Below, piece by piece: positions 19,939 to 29,931 of a stretch of DNA of 64,000 nucleotides. The translations under genes and the position numbers were made by a program. The notes below the pieces were generated by a model, which was not told the DNA's origin, did no database searches, and worked only from the letters and a program-made list of their open reading frames with translations. The stretch is from Planctomycetota bacterium (GTDB lineage Bacteria; Planctomycetota; UBA1135; GCA-002686595): contig JAPKBR010000009.1 in NCBI GenBank assembly GCA_028823345.1, positions 26,551-90,550 on the forward strand, written 5' to 3'. Position 1 is the first letter of the stretch. Each line of letters begins with the position of its first letter.

Positions 19939-20837
19939 CCGCTGCGGCGCACTCGTTCTTGCACTTTTAGCGTATTCTTGAAATGCAACTTAGCCACTTG
20001 CGTAAGTTTCCCTTCGCCATGCTCAATGACAAACCGCGCGCCCGCGCGATCAGTCAAGGGCCCGGCGCCCTTGAACAGTTCCATACCGTTGCGCTCGCTG
20101 AGCTCCATGATGGCTAGCAGAAATTCTGCACGCGCAAGAACAGAGGCGGCCGCAACCGCCAACTCCTCCTCGGCACGCGGGCGTTCTTCCACCCGCAACT
20201 TGGTGTCGCTCAAGCCCATCTGCACCGGGTTGCCCCGGACAAATTGATCCACGATCACGCGGTCCTCGTCCTTGCCTACTTCACGGATTGCCTCCACGTG
20301 CAGATCGGTCAAAAACTCGTTCAGACCGGGGTAGGTCGGATAACGACGGTTGTACTCGGGGGGGTCGATGCGCACGACCTTGTGGGACACGCGATCCCGT
20401 AGGAGGGCGGCCAGGCGCAGCACGCGCGTGTCAGAAAGGCTCTTGGAATCCGCAACGCCAAACTCGGCGATCTCTCCCGCCTCCTCGATATCAATCCGCA
20501 CGGCGGCCACCACCAGGGGGCCAAACCAATCGCCCTTACCCGCTTCATCCGACCCAACAATGGGCTCGGTGGCGGTCACGGTCTTGGTCAGCGGGCGCAA
20601 GGGACGAGGCGGCGCTGGGGCTGGCTCATCGGTGAAGCGCACGAGGAAACGCTCGGGCTCAGAACCCTGAACCACAAGCTTTCCGGAGTCATATAACGTC
20701 GCGACGACCCCCTCTCCCTTCACGCTCCATTGGGCGTGGGGGGCGGATCGCCATTCAAACGCTCCGGGCTCCAGGCGGTCTTTTAGACTTTGCCGGCGCT
20801 CGGGGGGTACCTTAACTACTACTGTCCTCTGAGGCAT
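19935..20837 (-). CDS. rnhC: Ribonuclease HIII
   Basis: RNase HIII-type N-terminal domain followed by the RNase HII/HIII core GSDEAGKGDWFGPLVVAAV. 4-nt overlap with dapF. Confidence 0.8.
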   Translation of the reverse strand: MPQRTVVVKVPPERRQSLKDRLEPGAFEWRSAPHAQWSVKGEGVVATLYDSGKLVVQGSEPERFLVRFTDEPAPAPPRPLRPLTKTVTATEPIVGSDEAGKGDWFGPLVVAAVRIDIEEAGEIAEFGVADSKSLSDTRVLRLAALLRDRVSHKVVRIDPPEYNRRYPTYPGLNEFLTDLHVEAIREVGKDEDRVIVDQFVRGNPVQMGLSDTKLRVEERPRAEEELAVAAASVLARAEFLLAIMELSERNGMELFKGAGPLTDRAGARFVIEHGEGKLTQVAKLHFKNTLKVQERVRRSG

Positions 20838-21205
20838 AATCGATCAAGTTAGCCTCACACTGTCTGTGGGGCTAGACCCGTTCTGGGGAACTCGGTCGCT
20901 CTTTTTTTGCCCAGAATTACCCCCCGAGGCCCACTCGGGGTGGCTTCAATCCATACAAGGTGCCTTCTAGGGCCCTAGGATGGGCATTTCGAGGGGTTTC
21001 GGCCCCCTCGAACCCGGCTATTTTCCCCTCCAGGAAGGCCTCTAATTTATAGATTCCTTTACCTAGAAGATCCCCGGAAAGACGCCTCGCTGCCCCACAT
21101 TTTACCACCCCAGAGCCCAGCCCGAAGGCCCGTACTGGACACTGCCCGGAAACCCCCACGGTCAGGCTAGACTCTGCCCAAACTGCACCTCACTCCCAGA
21201 ACATC

Positions 21206-22570
21206 GTGAAACCCAAGCAAAGCATCCTCGAAGCGATCGGCAACACGCCGCTCATCCAACTCCAACGCCTAGGATCGGAAACCGGCTGTACCTTCTTTGC
21301 CAAGTGCGAGTTTCTCAACGCTGGCGGCTCGGTCAAGGACCGCATTGGCCGACGCATGGTGGAAGAGGCTGAAAAGTCTGGTCGCATCAAGCCCGGCGAC
21401 ACCCTGATCGAGCCCACCAGCGGCAACACAGGCATCGGCATGGCCATCGCCGCAGCCGTGCGCGGCTATCGCATGATCATCACCATGCCCGAGAAGATGA
21501 GCCGCGAAAAACAAGTGGTCCTAGAAGCCCTTGGGGCCGAGATCATTCGCACGCCCACCGAAGCCGCATGGGATGACCCCGACAGTCACATCGAAGTGGC
21601 CAAGGACCTGCAAAGGGTCTTGCCCAATGCGCACATCCTCGACCAATACTCCAACCGGGACAACCCTGACGCGCACTACTACGGCACTGGCAAGGAAATC
21701 ATCGAACAGATGGACGGTGAATTCGACGTCTTGGTGGCTTCGGCTGGCACAGGCGGAACGATCTCTGGCATCGCCCGGCGTCTGAAAGAGGATGCCCCCA
21801 ACGTGCACATCGTGGGCGTTGATCCGGTGGGTTCCATCCTGGCGGGGCCGGGCACGATTAGCTCTTACAAGGTCGAAGGGATCGGCTACGACTTCATTCC
21901 CGATGTGCTCGATCGCGGCCTCGTGGACGAATGGGTCCGGAGCGAAGACGGCCCAAGTTTCCAAACCGCGCGCAAACTGATCCGGCAAGAGGGCCTCCTG
22001 TGTGGCGGATCCTCGGGCTCGGCCATGTGGGCGGCCCTACAGGTAGCCAAGCAGCGAGGCCCCGGCCAACGCATCGTGGTGGTGCTGCCCGATTCCGTGC
22101 GCAACTACATGACCAAGTTCATGGACGACCGTTGGATGCGCGAAAACGGCTTTGAAGACCAAAGCTGGGAGACCAGCTCCATCGGTGAAGTCTTGCGCCG
22201 CACCCCGCCCCACGAATTGTTGACCGCGGACGGCTCCGAGAGCGTTCGCGATGCGGTCGGCCGCATGAAGGACGGGGGCGTCAGCCAGTTGCCCGTGCTG
22301 GATGCTGGCCGCGTGGTGGGCATCGTCACCGAATCCGATGTGCTCGGACGGTTGCTCGATGGCACGGCGCGCATGGAAGACCGGGTGGCTGAAGTTATGG
22401 GCCGTAAGGTGGTCACGCTTCACGCTCACGAAGACGCGTCCAAGCTCCTCGAGCTCTTCGCCAACAATTCCGTCGGTATCATCGTCGAAGGGGACAACCA
22501 ATTGGCGGGCATCTTAACCAAGATGGATTTGGTGGATCACTTGACCCACCACTTGGGCTCGGACTCCTGA
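21206..22570 (+). CDS. Cystathionine beta-synthase (PLP-dependent fold plus CBS-domain pair)
   Basis: CysK/CBS core (GGSVKDR, EPTSGNTGIG, SAGTGGTISG) plus a C-terminal tandem CBS pair. GTG start. Confidence 0.85.
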   Translation: MKPKQSILEAIGNTPLIQLQRLGSETGCTFFAKCEFLNAGGSVKDRIGRRMVEEAEKSGRIKPGDTLIEPTSGNTGIGMAIAAAVRGYRMIITMPEKMSREKQVVLEALGAEIIRTPTEAAWDDPDSHIEVAKDLQRVLPNAHILDQYSNRDNPDAHYYGTGKEIIEQMDGEFDVLVASAGTGGTISGIARRLKEDAPNVHIVGVDPVGSILAGPGTISSYKVEGIGYDFIPDVLDRGLVDEWVRSEDGPSFQTARKLIRQEGLLCGGSSGSAMWAALQVAKQRGPGQRIVVVLPDSVRNYMTKFMDDRWMRENGFEDQSWETSSIGEVLRRTPPHELLTADGSESVRDAVGRMKDGGVSQLPVLDAGRVVGIVTESDVLGRLLDGTARMEDRVAEVMGRKVVTLHAHEDASKLLELFANNSVGIIVEGDNQLAGILTKMDLVDHLTHHLGSDS

Positions 22571-22582
22571 GGAGTTCTTCGC

Positions 22583-23425
22583 TCAGGTCAAATGCGTCAA
22601 GAGGTGACCCAAGGTTCGCGCCAAGAGCCACTCTAGCTCGGGGCCAACCTTGCCAAGGGGGTGGGTCGCGCCAAAGGTGTGCCCCGCGTCGGGCTCGATC
22701 TCGTGCCCCACGTTTTGCATGACCTCGCGGATGCGTTCAGCCGCGGCGGGATCCACCGCTTCATCCGCGCTGCCGTGCAACAGCAAGGTGGGTGCTTCGA
22801 TTTTTTTGGCCGCGCCCAAAATGTCGAGGGCCTCCTCATTCTGCTCCACGTCTTCCAGCATGGCTCGGCCCATGCGCATGATCTGCCCCGTGCGTCCGTT
22901 GGGGATATCCAAGAACCCATCCTTACGCCAACGCTCCACGGTGGCGTCCTCAAAGCGAATCACCGAATCAATCGCGGCCCAGGTCACCAAAGCCTGCACC
23001 GGATGCTGAGCCGCGTGCAACAGCGCCACTCCTCCGCCCCGGCTGTGTCCCACCATGCCGATGCGCTTAGGGTCCACTCCCCCCACCTCGCCACTCAACA
23101 AATGCTGGTGGACACGCTCAACATCTTCCAGCTGGCGGCTGAAGGTGTCCCGCTCAAACGCGCCGAGGTCTGAAAAGTCGACGCCATCGGCGCCCACTCC
23201 GCTGCCCGAGGCATTGAAGCGAACGGCGACGAAACCCGTCTCGGCCAATCCGCGAGCCAATAGGGGAAAGAAACCCCAGTCCATGAAGCCCTTGAACCCG
23301 TGAAGAATCAGCACCGTAGGGGCCGCCTTTTCGCGGACTCCCGCGGGCTTAGAAACCACCCCGCGGATTGCGCGGCCGGGCTCTTCCTCGTAAGTCAGCT
23401 CGAAAGTCTCGTCGATTACAGCCAT
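22583..23425 (-). CDS. Alpha/beta hydrolase family protein
   Basis: Nucleophile elbow GHSRGG, HGF oxyanion region, and a C-terminal D...H. Confidence 0.75.
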   Translation of the reverse strand: MAVIDETFELTYEEEPGRAIRGVVSKPAGVREKAAPTVLILHGFKGFMDWGFFPLLARGLAETGFVAVRFNASGSGVGADGVDFSDLGAFERDTFSRQLEDVERVHQHLLSGEVGGVDPKRIGMVGHSRGGGVALLHAAQHPVQALVTWAAIDSVIRFEDATVERWRKDGFLDIPNGRTGQIMRMGRAMLEDVEQNEEALDILGAAKKIEAPTLLLHGSADEAVDPAAAERIREVMQNVGHEIEPDAGHTFGATHPLGKVGPELEWLLARTLGHLLTHLT

Positions 23426-23435
23426 GGTTTTTTGA

Positions 23436-24659
23436 TCAGCAGCAAGGAGCTTCGCCGCCGACCCGGGCAGGCATCACTGAATGTTCCCCAGGGCCCTGAC
23501 CCAGGTAGGGGAGGAAGCGCAGCAGATCCCCTTGGGCCCAAGAACCTCCGGCCGCCAAATCCACAAAGCCGTGGGCGGCTGTAGCCGAGTACAGGTCCCC
23601 GCTGCCGTTCCAGGCCACCGGGTGCAGGCCGTTTGCTTCGAGACGCGCGGGCAAGAACAGTCGCCGCTTGCCCCGGTGCGCGTGATCGTGGGCCAAAGGC
23701 CGCTCGATCCATGCGGGTTCCCAGTCCCCCATAAAACGCCCCAGCAAAGGAGCGAGAAACAAGTGTGCCGTGGCCAGCACACTGACCGGATTCCCGGGCA
23801 AGCCAATGAAGACCTTTCCGTCTGCTCGCTGGGCCAAGAACACGGGCTTGCCCGGTTGGATCGCCACCTTGTGCAGGACCTTTTCAAAGCCCAGCTCTTG
23901 GGCCATGCCCGGCACCAGGTCTTTTTCGCCCATGGACACGCCGCCTACGGTGACCACCACGTCCGACATCGCCGCCAAACTCTCAAGGGTCTCTTTCAAG
24001 TGCGCCGGCTCATCCCGTGCGTGCTTGCGTTCCGCTGGAACCCCTAAGGCCTCGGCTAAGGCCGAAAGCAGAGGCCCATTGCAGTCGGCAACCCCGGCCG
24101 GTCCATCTGATCCCACCTCGTCGCCGGTGGTGCAAATTCCAAGGCGTGGCGGATCAAAAACGCTCAGCCCCGTGGCTCCCGCCATAGCCGCCGCTGCCAG
24201 ACCCGCGGGCGACAGGCGGGTCCCCGCCCGCAAGACCAAATCCCCCTTCTTCGCGTCCTCCCCCTGCCGGGCCACGTTGCGCCCCGCGCGCAACTCATAC
24301 CCAACCTCGGTGGTCATCACCTGCCCTTCACGCTGGGTTAACTCCACCGGAATCACGCAGCAGCCCGTTGGCACCGGCGCCCCAGTCATGATCGCCACGG
24401 CCTCTCCAGCCCCCAGGGCGCTCTCCCGCCGCTCCCCGGCCATCACGGTGCCTACCACCCGAAAAGACGGCTCATCAGCAGGTAACAGGGCGAAACCGTC
24501 CATGGTCGCTCGGTCAAAAGGCGGCTGATCGCAATTCGCAACTACGTCTCGGGCCAAGACCTTTCCCGCAGCCTCGGCCAAAGGAACCGTCACGGCTCCG
24601 GAATCAATCGGCAGCCCCCGCAAGAGGGCCATGGCATCGTCATAGAGCAAAAGAGGCAT
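23436..24659 (-). CDS. moeA: Molybdopterin molybdotransferase
   Basis: MoeA/gephyrin-E pattern (PFDRATMDGFA, TTGDEV, TVGGVSMGEKD, KPGKP, GLPGNPVS). Confidence 0.9.
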   Translation of the reverse strand: MPLLLYDDAMALLRGLPIDSGAVTVPLAEAAGKVLARDVVANCDQPPFDRATMDGFALLPADEPSFRVVGTVMAGERRESALGAGEAVAIMTGAPVPTGCCVIPVELTQREGQVMTTEVGYELRAGRNVARQGEDAKKGDLVLRAGTRLSPAGLAAAAMAGATGLSVFDPPRLGICTTGDEVGSDGPAGVADCNGPLLSALAEALGVPAERKHARDEPAHLKETLESLAAMSDVVVTVGGVSMGEKDLVPGMAQELGFEKVLHKVAIQPGKPVFLAQRADGKVFIGLPGNPVSVLATAHLFLAPLLGRFMGDWEPAWIERPLAHDHAHRGKRRLFLPARLEANGLHPVAWNGSGDLYSATAAHGFVDLAAGGSWAQGDLLRFLPYLGQGPGEHSVMPARVGGEAPCC

Positions 24660-24792
24660 CAGGCGCCCAGTCTAGGCAATGACCGAGCCCCCTTGCCCTC
24701 AGGACAAGCGCCCCCGCCGGAGGATCTCCCACGCGATTCCCGCCGGGGGCGATCGCGCCCCCTCCACTCAAGCGCAGGTAAGTCGGGCCAAA

Positions 24793-25689
24793 TTAGCCCC
24801 CAAACAAGCCGCCCTGGGAGCGGGGCTCGACGATTTTAGTTAGGTGTGGAAAGGCTTCGACGGTTTCATCGGGAGCCGCAACCGGTTGTCGGCCGCCAAA
24901 GAGCCACTTGAACTCTAACCCGTTGGCAACCGCCTGTCCTCCAAAGTGGTTGTTCGTCACGACCCAGGTTTGGTCCGTCTCTTGGGAGATCTCATGGGCG
25001 CGAATTGCAAGGGCGCCCACCTCCTGCGGTGTGTACAGGTAGTCGTAGCGATCGTCCCGGCCGACGTCAGGTTTGAACCAGTTCTTGGCGTTGCGGCCGT
25101 GCAGGCGCATGTAACCGATGGGGCCGGTCGGGGTGAAACGGTCGGGTGGGTGATCCCACGCATCGGGAAGGTCGATATGTGCCAGGGAATAGCCGAGGCC
25201 GCCGATACTGGACAAGGCTGGGGGCTCGAACCAGGAGCGGTGGCGCACTTCGAGGATCAGGGGCAAATCACCGAGCAGGCTGCGGATCCAGCCAAGGTGG
25301 CGGATGTTGTCAGGGTTCTCGTGAAAGGACGCGGGGAATTGAACCAAGATCCCATCCAATTGACCACGTCTGGTAAGGGGTTCAAGGGCCGCCTGAAAGG
25401 TCTGGCCACGCAGTTCGAAGAGGGCTTTTTCAGCCCCCCCATAGGGTCCATGGGTGAAAGATTGGTGCAGCTTGGCGATGAAGTGAAAGTCCGGCTTTTC
25501 GCGCACGTGCTCGGCCCACTTCGTGACGATTTCGGGGCGCGCTTCGGCGTAAAAGGTCGAGTTCACCTCGACCCCATCGAAGCAGCGTGCCAGGGTCTGT
25601 AGGGCGTGAAAGCCCGGGGGTTTACGCTTCGGGTAAACGCGCCCTTCCCAGTCGGGGTAGGACCAGCCGGCGGTGGCCACACGGATCAC
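24793..25689 (-). CDS. DUF72 (YecE/UPF0759) family protein
   Basis: IRVATAGWSYPDWEGRVYP at the N-terminus and overall DUF72 layout. Confidence 0.8.
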   Translation of the reverse strand: MIRVATAGWSYPDWEGRVYPKRKPPGFHALQTLARCFDGVEVNSTFYAEARPEIVTKWAEHVREKPDFHFIAKLHQSFTHGPYGGAEKALFELRGQTFQAALEPLTRRGQLDGILVQFPASFHENPDNIRHLGWIRSLLGDLPLILEVRHRSWFEPPALSSIGGLGYSLAHIDLPDAWDHPPDRFTPTGPIGYMRLHGRNAKNWFKPDVGRDDRYDYLYTPQEVGALAIRAHEISQETDQTWVVTNNHFGGQAVANGLEFKWLFGGRQPVAAPDETVEAFPHLTKIVEPRSQGGLFGG

Positions 25690-26426
25690 AGTTTTGACCC
25701 TTGCCCAAGGAGCCGGGCCGCCTCTTGTTCCACACCGATTAGAGCCTCACGGACCCCGGGAGTGCAGGCGCGCACGGCCTGGTCGTCGAGCTCCGGATCA
25801 ATTCTGATCGGCGCCCCCACCACAACCAGGATCAGGCTAAAGGGCTTGGGTACGGTGAAGCGGTCCCAAGACTGCATGCGCCAAGAACGGCTGACCGCGA
25901 TCCCAAGGGGCAGGATCGGATAACCCGTGCGGTGGGCCAGGAATGGCACCCCATCGGTCATGGAGTGCATCGGACCCCGGGGCCCGTCGGGGGTGATCGC
26001 GATGGAGGTGCCGCTGCCCAGCGTGTTCATCATCTCCTTCATGGCCCGAGCACCGCCGCGGCTCGAAGAGCCCTCCACCACGGGAATACGCAGCCCCCGT
26101 AAGATCGCCATGGACAGTTGCCCGTCCTTAGAAGGTGAAACCAGCACCGCCGCCTTAAACCCTCGAAGGGAGCGCACAGCGGGCAAACTCCTTCCGTGCC
26201 AAAAGATACCCAGAGCCCCTTGCTGGGTCAAAACCTCGACAGCGTCGGGGTCCTCGGAGGTCAACTTCACGCGCCAGGTGGACGAAAGCAGCCAATAAAT
26301 CGGCGCCCCAAACCAAGTTAGGATAGGCAGCAGAATACGCCGGCGGGCGTGGCGCACTCGCCGAGTCGTGCGGTGCTTGCGCGGTTTTCCGTTGGCCCCC
26401 TCGGGCTCTCCTCCGTGACGGGCCAT
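25686..26426 (-). CDS. DUF374 domain protein (lysophospholipid acyltransferase-like, LPS-core associated)
   Basis: Motifs FWHGR, LVSPSKDGQL and ITPDGPRGP. The Met at 26426 is preferred over 26498. Confidence 0.7.
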   Translation of the reverse strand: MARHGGEPEGANGKPRKHRTTRRVRHARRRILLPILTWFGAPIYWLLSSTWRVKLTSEDPDAVEVLTQQGALGIFWHGRSLPAVRSLRGFKAAVLVSPSKDGQLSMAILRGLRIPVVEGSSSRGGARAMKEMMNTLGSGTSIAITPDGPRGPMHSMTDGVPFLAHRTGYPILPLGIAVSRSWRMQSWDRFTVPKPFSLILVVVGAPIRIDPELDDQAVRACTPGVREALIGVEQEAARLLGQGSKL

Positions 26427-26475
26427 GGGCGCAGAATACCAAGGCGAAGCGCCCTGCGAGGCATCCACCCCGGGA

Positions 26476-28335
26476 TCAGTCCTCGGAAGAAGCTCCAAGG
26501 AAGATGCTCAGGCCACCGAAGGCTAAGAGGGCGACCTCCGGCCCGAAGGAAGATTCCGAGTGATACCGAAGGCCCCCAGGAGTGCGCGTCTCCCAGCAAC
26601 GGGCGGGTTTGAAGTGCTGAGAGAATACCTCTGCCCCGGGCAAATTCTGAATGAACTCCGCGAGTGAGGGGGGCGCGTCGGGGTCTGGGCCTTCCTGACC
26701 GGGGTCTGGGGCAACCTCGCGGCCGGGCGCACTAAACATCATTCCCGCGATTCCCTTGACTCCCCGGTAGAGGCCCGCCACCACCTGAATCCAATCCGCA
26801 TGGCTGACCTCCATTGCGGCCCCTGGCCATTCGCCCCCCGCCAGGGGCGCCGCCCCCGATCCCTTTGCCAAACCTCGAACCGCTCGTTTCGCGTGAGTCG
26901 CGCTGAGGGTCACCAGCAGCCTGTCCTCGGCCACGACCACGGTTGGCTTGATCATTCCAGACAGGGAGTCGAGGATGCTGCCGAGATTCAGAAAGCTACT
27001 TGGACCCTCCGAGTTTTCCTCGGTCATGGTTGCACTAAAGTCGCTCTTGGGCGGGAAGAAGGAGAAGGTGTAGAGCTCACGCCGCCGATAGGCTTTTGTT
27101 TCGAAGCTCGCCCCCTCGGGCAATCTGGGCTCGATATCTGCCATCCATGCGGCAAGGGCCTCGCCGGCCCGAGCGGAATCTTTTAGGGGGACCGCAAACT
27201 GAATCCCTGGCGCGGCCATCACACCTATATTGTTCGGTACCGAAATAGTTACCTGGTCTCCGAGCTCTGCAACGAGCGCTTGCCCGATCGTGGAGTCGTC
27301 CGGGCCAAAGCCCTCGGCTTTCAGAATCCCGAGCAAGGCAGAGCTATCAAGGGAGGTCGTGTATGCCACGGCCGCTTCCGGGTGGGTCAGTCCAAAGGGC
27401 TCGGCCCCAAGCGCTGTCGTTCCAAAAGCCTGCGCACCCTTGAAGCTGGGGTAGTGGCCATCCACGTGATAGCGCCCGTCGATTAGCTGTGCGCGCCACA
27501 CTCCTCCGCGGCTCCACATGGTGTAGTAGGGTCCCATAAACCCCTCGGCCAAAGGCATGAGGCCCTGGGTCAGGGGATCAGCGCGGTCCCAGCCACCCCC
27601 CTTGAGATCAGCCTCCAAGAGCACCAGGCCCTGGGCCTCGCCCAGGGGGGAGGCCTTCGTGGCGGCTGAAGACACGCCTTCACCCCAGCCCCGAGCCCAA
27701 CTGGCCGGGGAAAAGAGGGCCAAACGTTTGCCCTCCCTGTAGAGCACCAAGACCTCGATCGAGTCAGAGGGCACGCCCTCATCGGACCCCCCGGAGGCGA
27801 AAGAAAATCGGGACAGCCGTCCAGCGGATAAGTCCTCGTTCCCGACTTCCATTCCAGGAACCTGCCCGAAAGCCGCATAAATTTGATCAAAGGCAACGGT
27901 CGCGGCAGCCGAATCGGTGTAGTCCGCCACCAAACGAGCCTCAACATCCTGCACAAATTGTGGGTCGTTAAATGCGGTGAGGGTCTTGATATCTGCGAGC
28001 TCTGAGAGGGAAACGGAAACCCCGGCCATCCCCCTAAAAATGCTCTGGACCTCACCCCAGGACAAGGTCAATGCCTCCTCAAAGCTCACCGCAACCTGTG
28101 CGCCGGCCAGCCCTGAAACCCCCGCTATCAGAGCTTGGATCTCGGGCTCTTCAAAGGCCCGTCCCACGGCGGTTGTGCCATAGGCATCCATGTAGGCCTG
28201 AATCTGGGGGGCCGCGATGTAGATCGGCGCATCTTGGGGGTGAAGCGTCCGGTGATCGGTTTGAGGGCTGAGGGCGAGGAGAAGAAGGAGGGAAGCGGTC
28301 ATAGGAGATGAAATACGGAGAGGGGGCCCGATCAT
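26476..28335 (-). CDS. Hypothetical secreted protein (~620 aa)
   Basis: Long ORF with a signal-like segment (MIGPPLRISSPMTASLLLLLALSPQ) and a hydrophobic C-terminal segment. No family recognised. Start is uncertain (28335 or 28302). Confidence 0.6.
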   Translation of the reverse strand: MIGPPLRISSPMTASLLLLLALSPQTDHRTLHPQDAPIYIAAPQIQAYMDAYGTTAVGRAFEEPEIQALIAGVSGLAGAQVAVSFEEALTLSWGEVQSIFRGMAGVSVSLSELADIKTLTAFNDPQFVQDVEARLVADYTDSAAATVAFDQIYAAFGQVPGMEVGNEDLSAGRLSRFSFASGGSDEGVPSDSIEVLVLYREGKRLALFSPASWARGWGEGVSSAATKASPLGEAQGLVLLEADLKGGGWDRADPLTQGLMPLAEGFMGPYYTMWSRGGVWRAQLIDGRYHVDGHYPSFKGAQAFGTTALGAEPFGLTHPEAAVAYTTSLDSSALLGILKAEGFGPDDSTIGQALVAELGDQVTISVPNNIGVMAAPGIQFAVPLKDSARAGEALAAWMADIEPRLPEGASFETKAYRRRELYTFSFFPPKSDFSATMTEENSEGPSSFLNLGSILDSLSGMIKPTVVVAEDRLLVTLSATHAKRAVRGLAKGSGAAPLAGGEWPGAAMEVSHADWIQVVAGLYRGVKGIAGMMFSAPGREVAPDPGQEGPDPDAPPSLAEFIQNLPGAEVFSQHFKPARCWETRTPGGLRYHSESSFGPEVALLAFGGLSIFLGASSED

Positions 28336-28609
28336 GCGGAGTTTGGCGGAGAAGTCCTCATTTCGAGGGAAAAAATCAGCGCCCTGCCTCCAAAGCGGGT
28401 GTTTGGGGCCTTCCCCATGACGCCTGATTGGGACCCCTCTCTCCCATAAATCCAAGCGGGGCTTCGGAGGCGGGTTACTCCTGCCGATCAACTAGTACCA
28501 TCCTTGGAGTTCGAAGCGGTCAAGGGCCTCCCCATAGCTAGAATGCCGCGCGATCCCAGCACCTAAAGCTCCCCACTCTGGGCACCCACCTCCGATCCCA
28601 CCGACTATC

Positions 28610-29623
28610 ATGGCCAAGCACAAGGCTCCCACCCAGGTCACTATTCTCCGCGAGGAGAAGTCCACCTTCCAGAACACTGTCGACCGTTTCTGGAAACCCG
28701 TCGCCCTGATCACCATCGTCCTTTCCGGGATGTTGCTCTACAACATCTGGTCCAACCAGCAGGCGGAAGCCAAGGCGGGCATCGAATGGGTACCCCTTGA
28801 CGACGCGCTCCGCGATCAAGACCTAGCCGGAATCCGTGCCGTGCGCGAGAACAGCCAAGGCTCCAAGATTCTGCCCTGGGCACTCTTGGCCGAGGGTCAA
28901 GTGGCCCTCAGTCAGGGCAATAACCGCGAGGCGCAAGAAGCCTTTGCCAGCCTGAGCACTACCACGGATCCAGTCCTGAGCAGGCTCGAACTGCCCATTG
29001 GCCCCGATGGCGCCCCCACCACCATCGCAGCCCACCTAACCGCCGCATCGACGGTTCAGGCAACTTGGGACGCCGAGAACCCGATTTTGACCAACCCGGC
29101 GCCGGCAGACAGCATGCCTAAGATGGTCTTTGAGACCGATGCCGGCGAGATCGAGGTCACCCTCTATATGGATCGGGCGCCGGTCCACGTGAAGAACATC
29201 GTCAAGCTCGCCAAGGAAGGTTTCTATGACGGGACCCTCTTTCACCGAGTCGTCCGCAACGCCAACATGTGGATTGTTCAAGGCGGCGACCCGAACACCC
29301 TTGAGGGGGAAGAAGCAACCTGGGGTCAGGGCGGCCCTGGCTATGACCAGACCCCCGAGAAGAACGGCCTGGTCCACGCGAAGGGCTACCTCTCCGCGGC
29401 GGCCCCGTCAGGCGGGGCGCGCAGTTCCGGCAGCCAGTTTTTCTTCACCCTCAACCCGTGCCATTTCCTGGACGGACGCCACACAATTTTCGGACAGATC
29501 ACGTCCGGTCTATCAATTGTGGAAGAGATCGGAAAGGCCGACATTCGCCCCGCAGTGGGCAATTTGAGGGACATTCCGGTTGAGCCCATCAAGATCACAG
29601 GGACCCGGATCACCGGGGCGTAA
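28610..29623 (+). CDS. Cyclophilin-type peptidyl-prolyl cis-trans isomerase with N-terminal membrane anchor and helical domain
   Basis: C-terminal cyclophilin core (FHRVV..., QGGDP, GSQFFFT, LDGRHTIFGQ) and an N-terminal TM segment. Confidence 0.88.
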   Translation: MAKHKAPTQVTILREEKSTFQNTVDRFWKPVALITIVLSGMLLYNIWSNQQAEAKAGIEWVPLDDALRDQDLAGIRAVRENSQGSKILPWALLAEGQVALSQGNNREAQEAFASLSTTTDPVLSRLELPIGPDGAPTTIAAHLTAASTVQATWDAENPILTNPAPADSMPKMVFETDAGEIEVTLYMDRAPVHVKNIVKLAKEGFYDGTLFHRVVRNANMWIVQGGDPNTLEGEEATWGQGGPGYDQTPEKNGLVHAKGYLSAAAPSGGARSSGSQFFFTLNPCHFLDGRHTIFGQITSGLSIVEEIGKADIRPAVGNLRDIPVEPIKITGTRITGA

Positions 29624-29931
29624 GGCCTCTCCCCGCGGGCGCAGCGTTGCTAGTTGCCCACAAAGGGGAGCTCCATAGGCGTAGGGTCTCGTCTCCCAGA
29701 ACTCGTCATCTTTGTCAAGGGACGACCCTTTAGATTTCTCGGGGCGGAGCCGCGGTATCGACGTAAACCCCTCGCTACAAAGGGGTTATGTGCACCCAGC
29801 ATTTGTGAAAAACAAGGGAACCCTGCAGCTTCTGCGACGGGCACTTGCATGTGGCCCAATCCCTTGGGGAGCTTCTCGCAGGTTATCCACAAGAACTCCA
29901 CAAGTTGTGGCGTGCGCCCGGGCGTATCAGA

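Noticed and set aside
20917-21159. 80-aa minus-strand ORF in the rnhC-CBS spacer
   Set aside because: No recognisable family, no RBS context, and Gly/Ala/Leu-rich composition expected by chance in GC-rich DNA.
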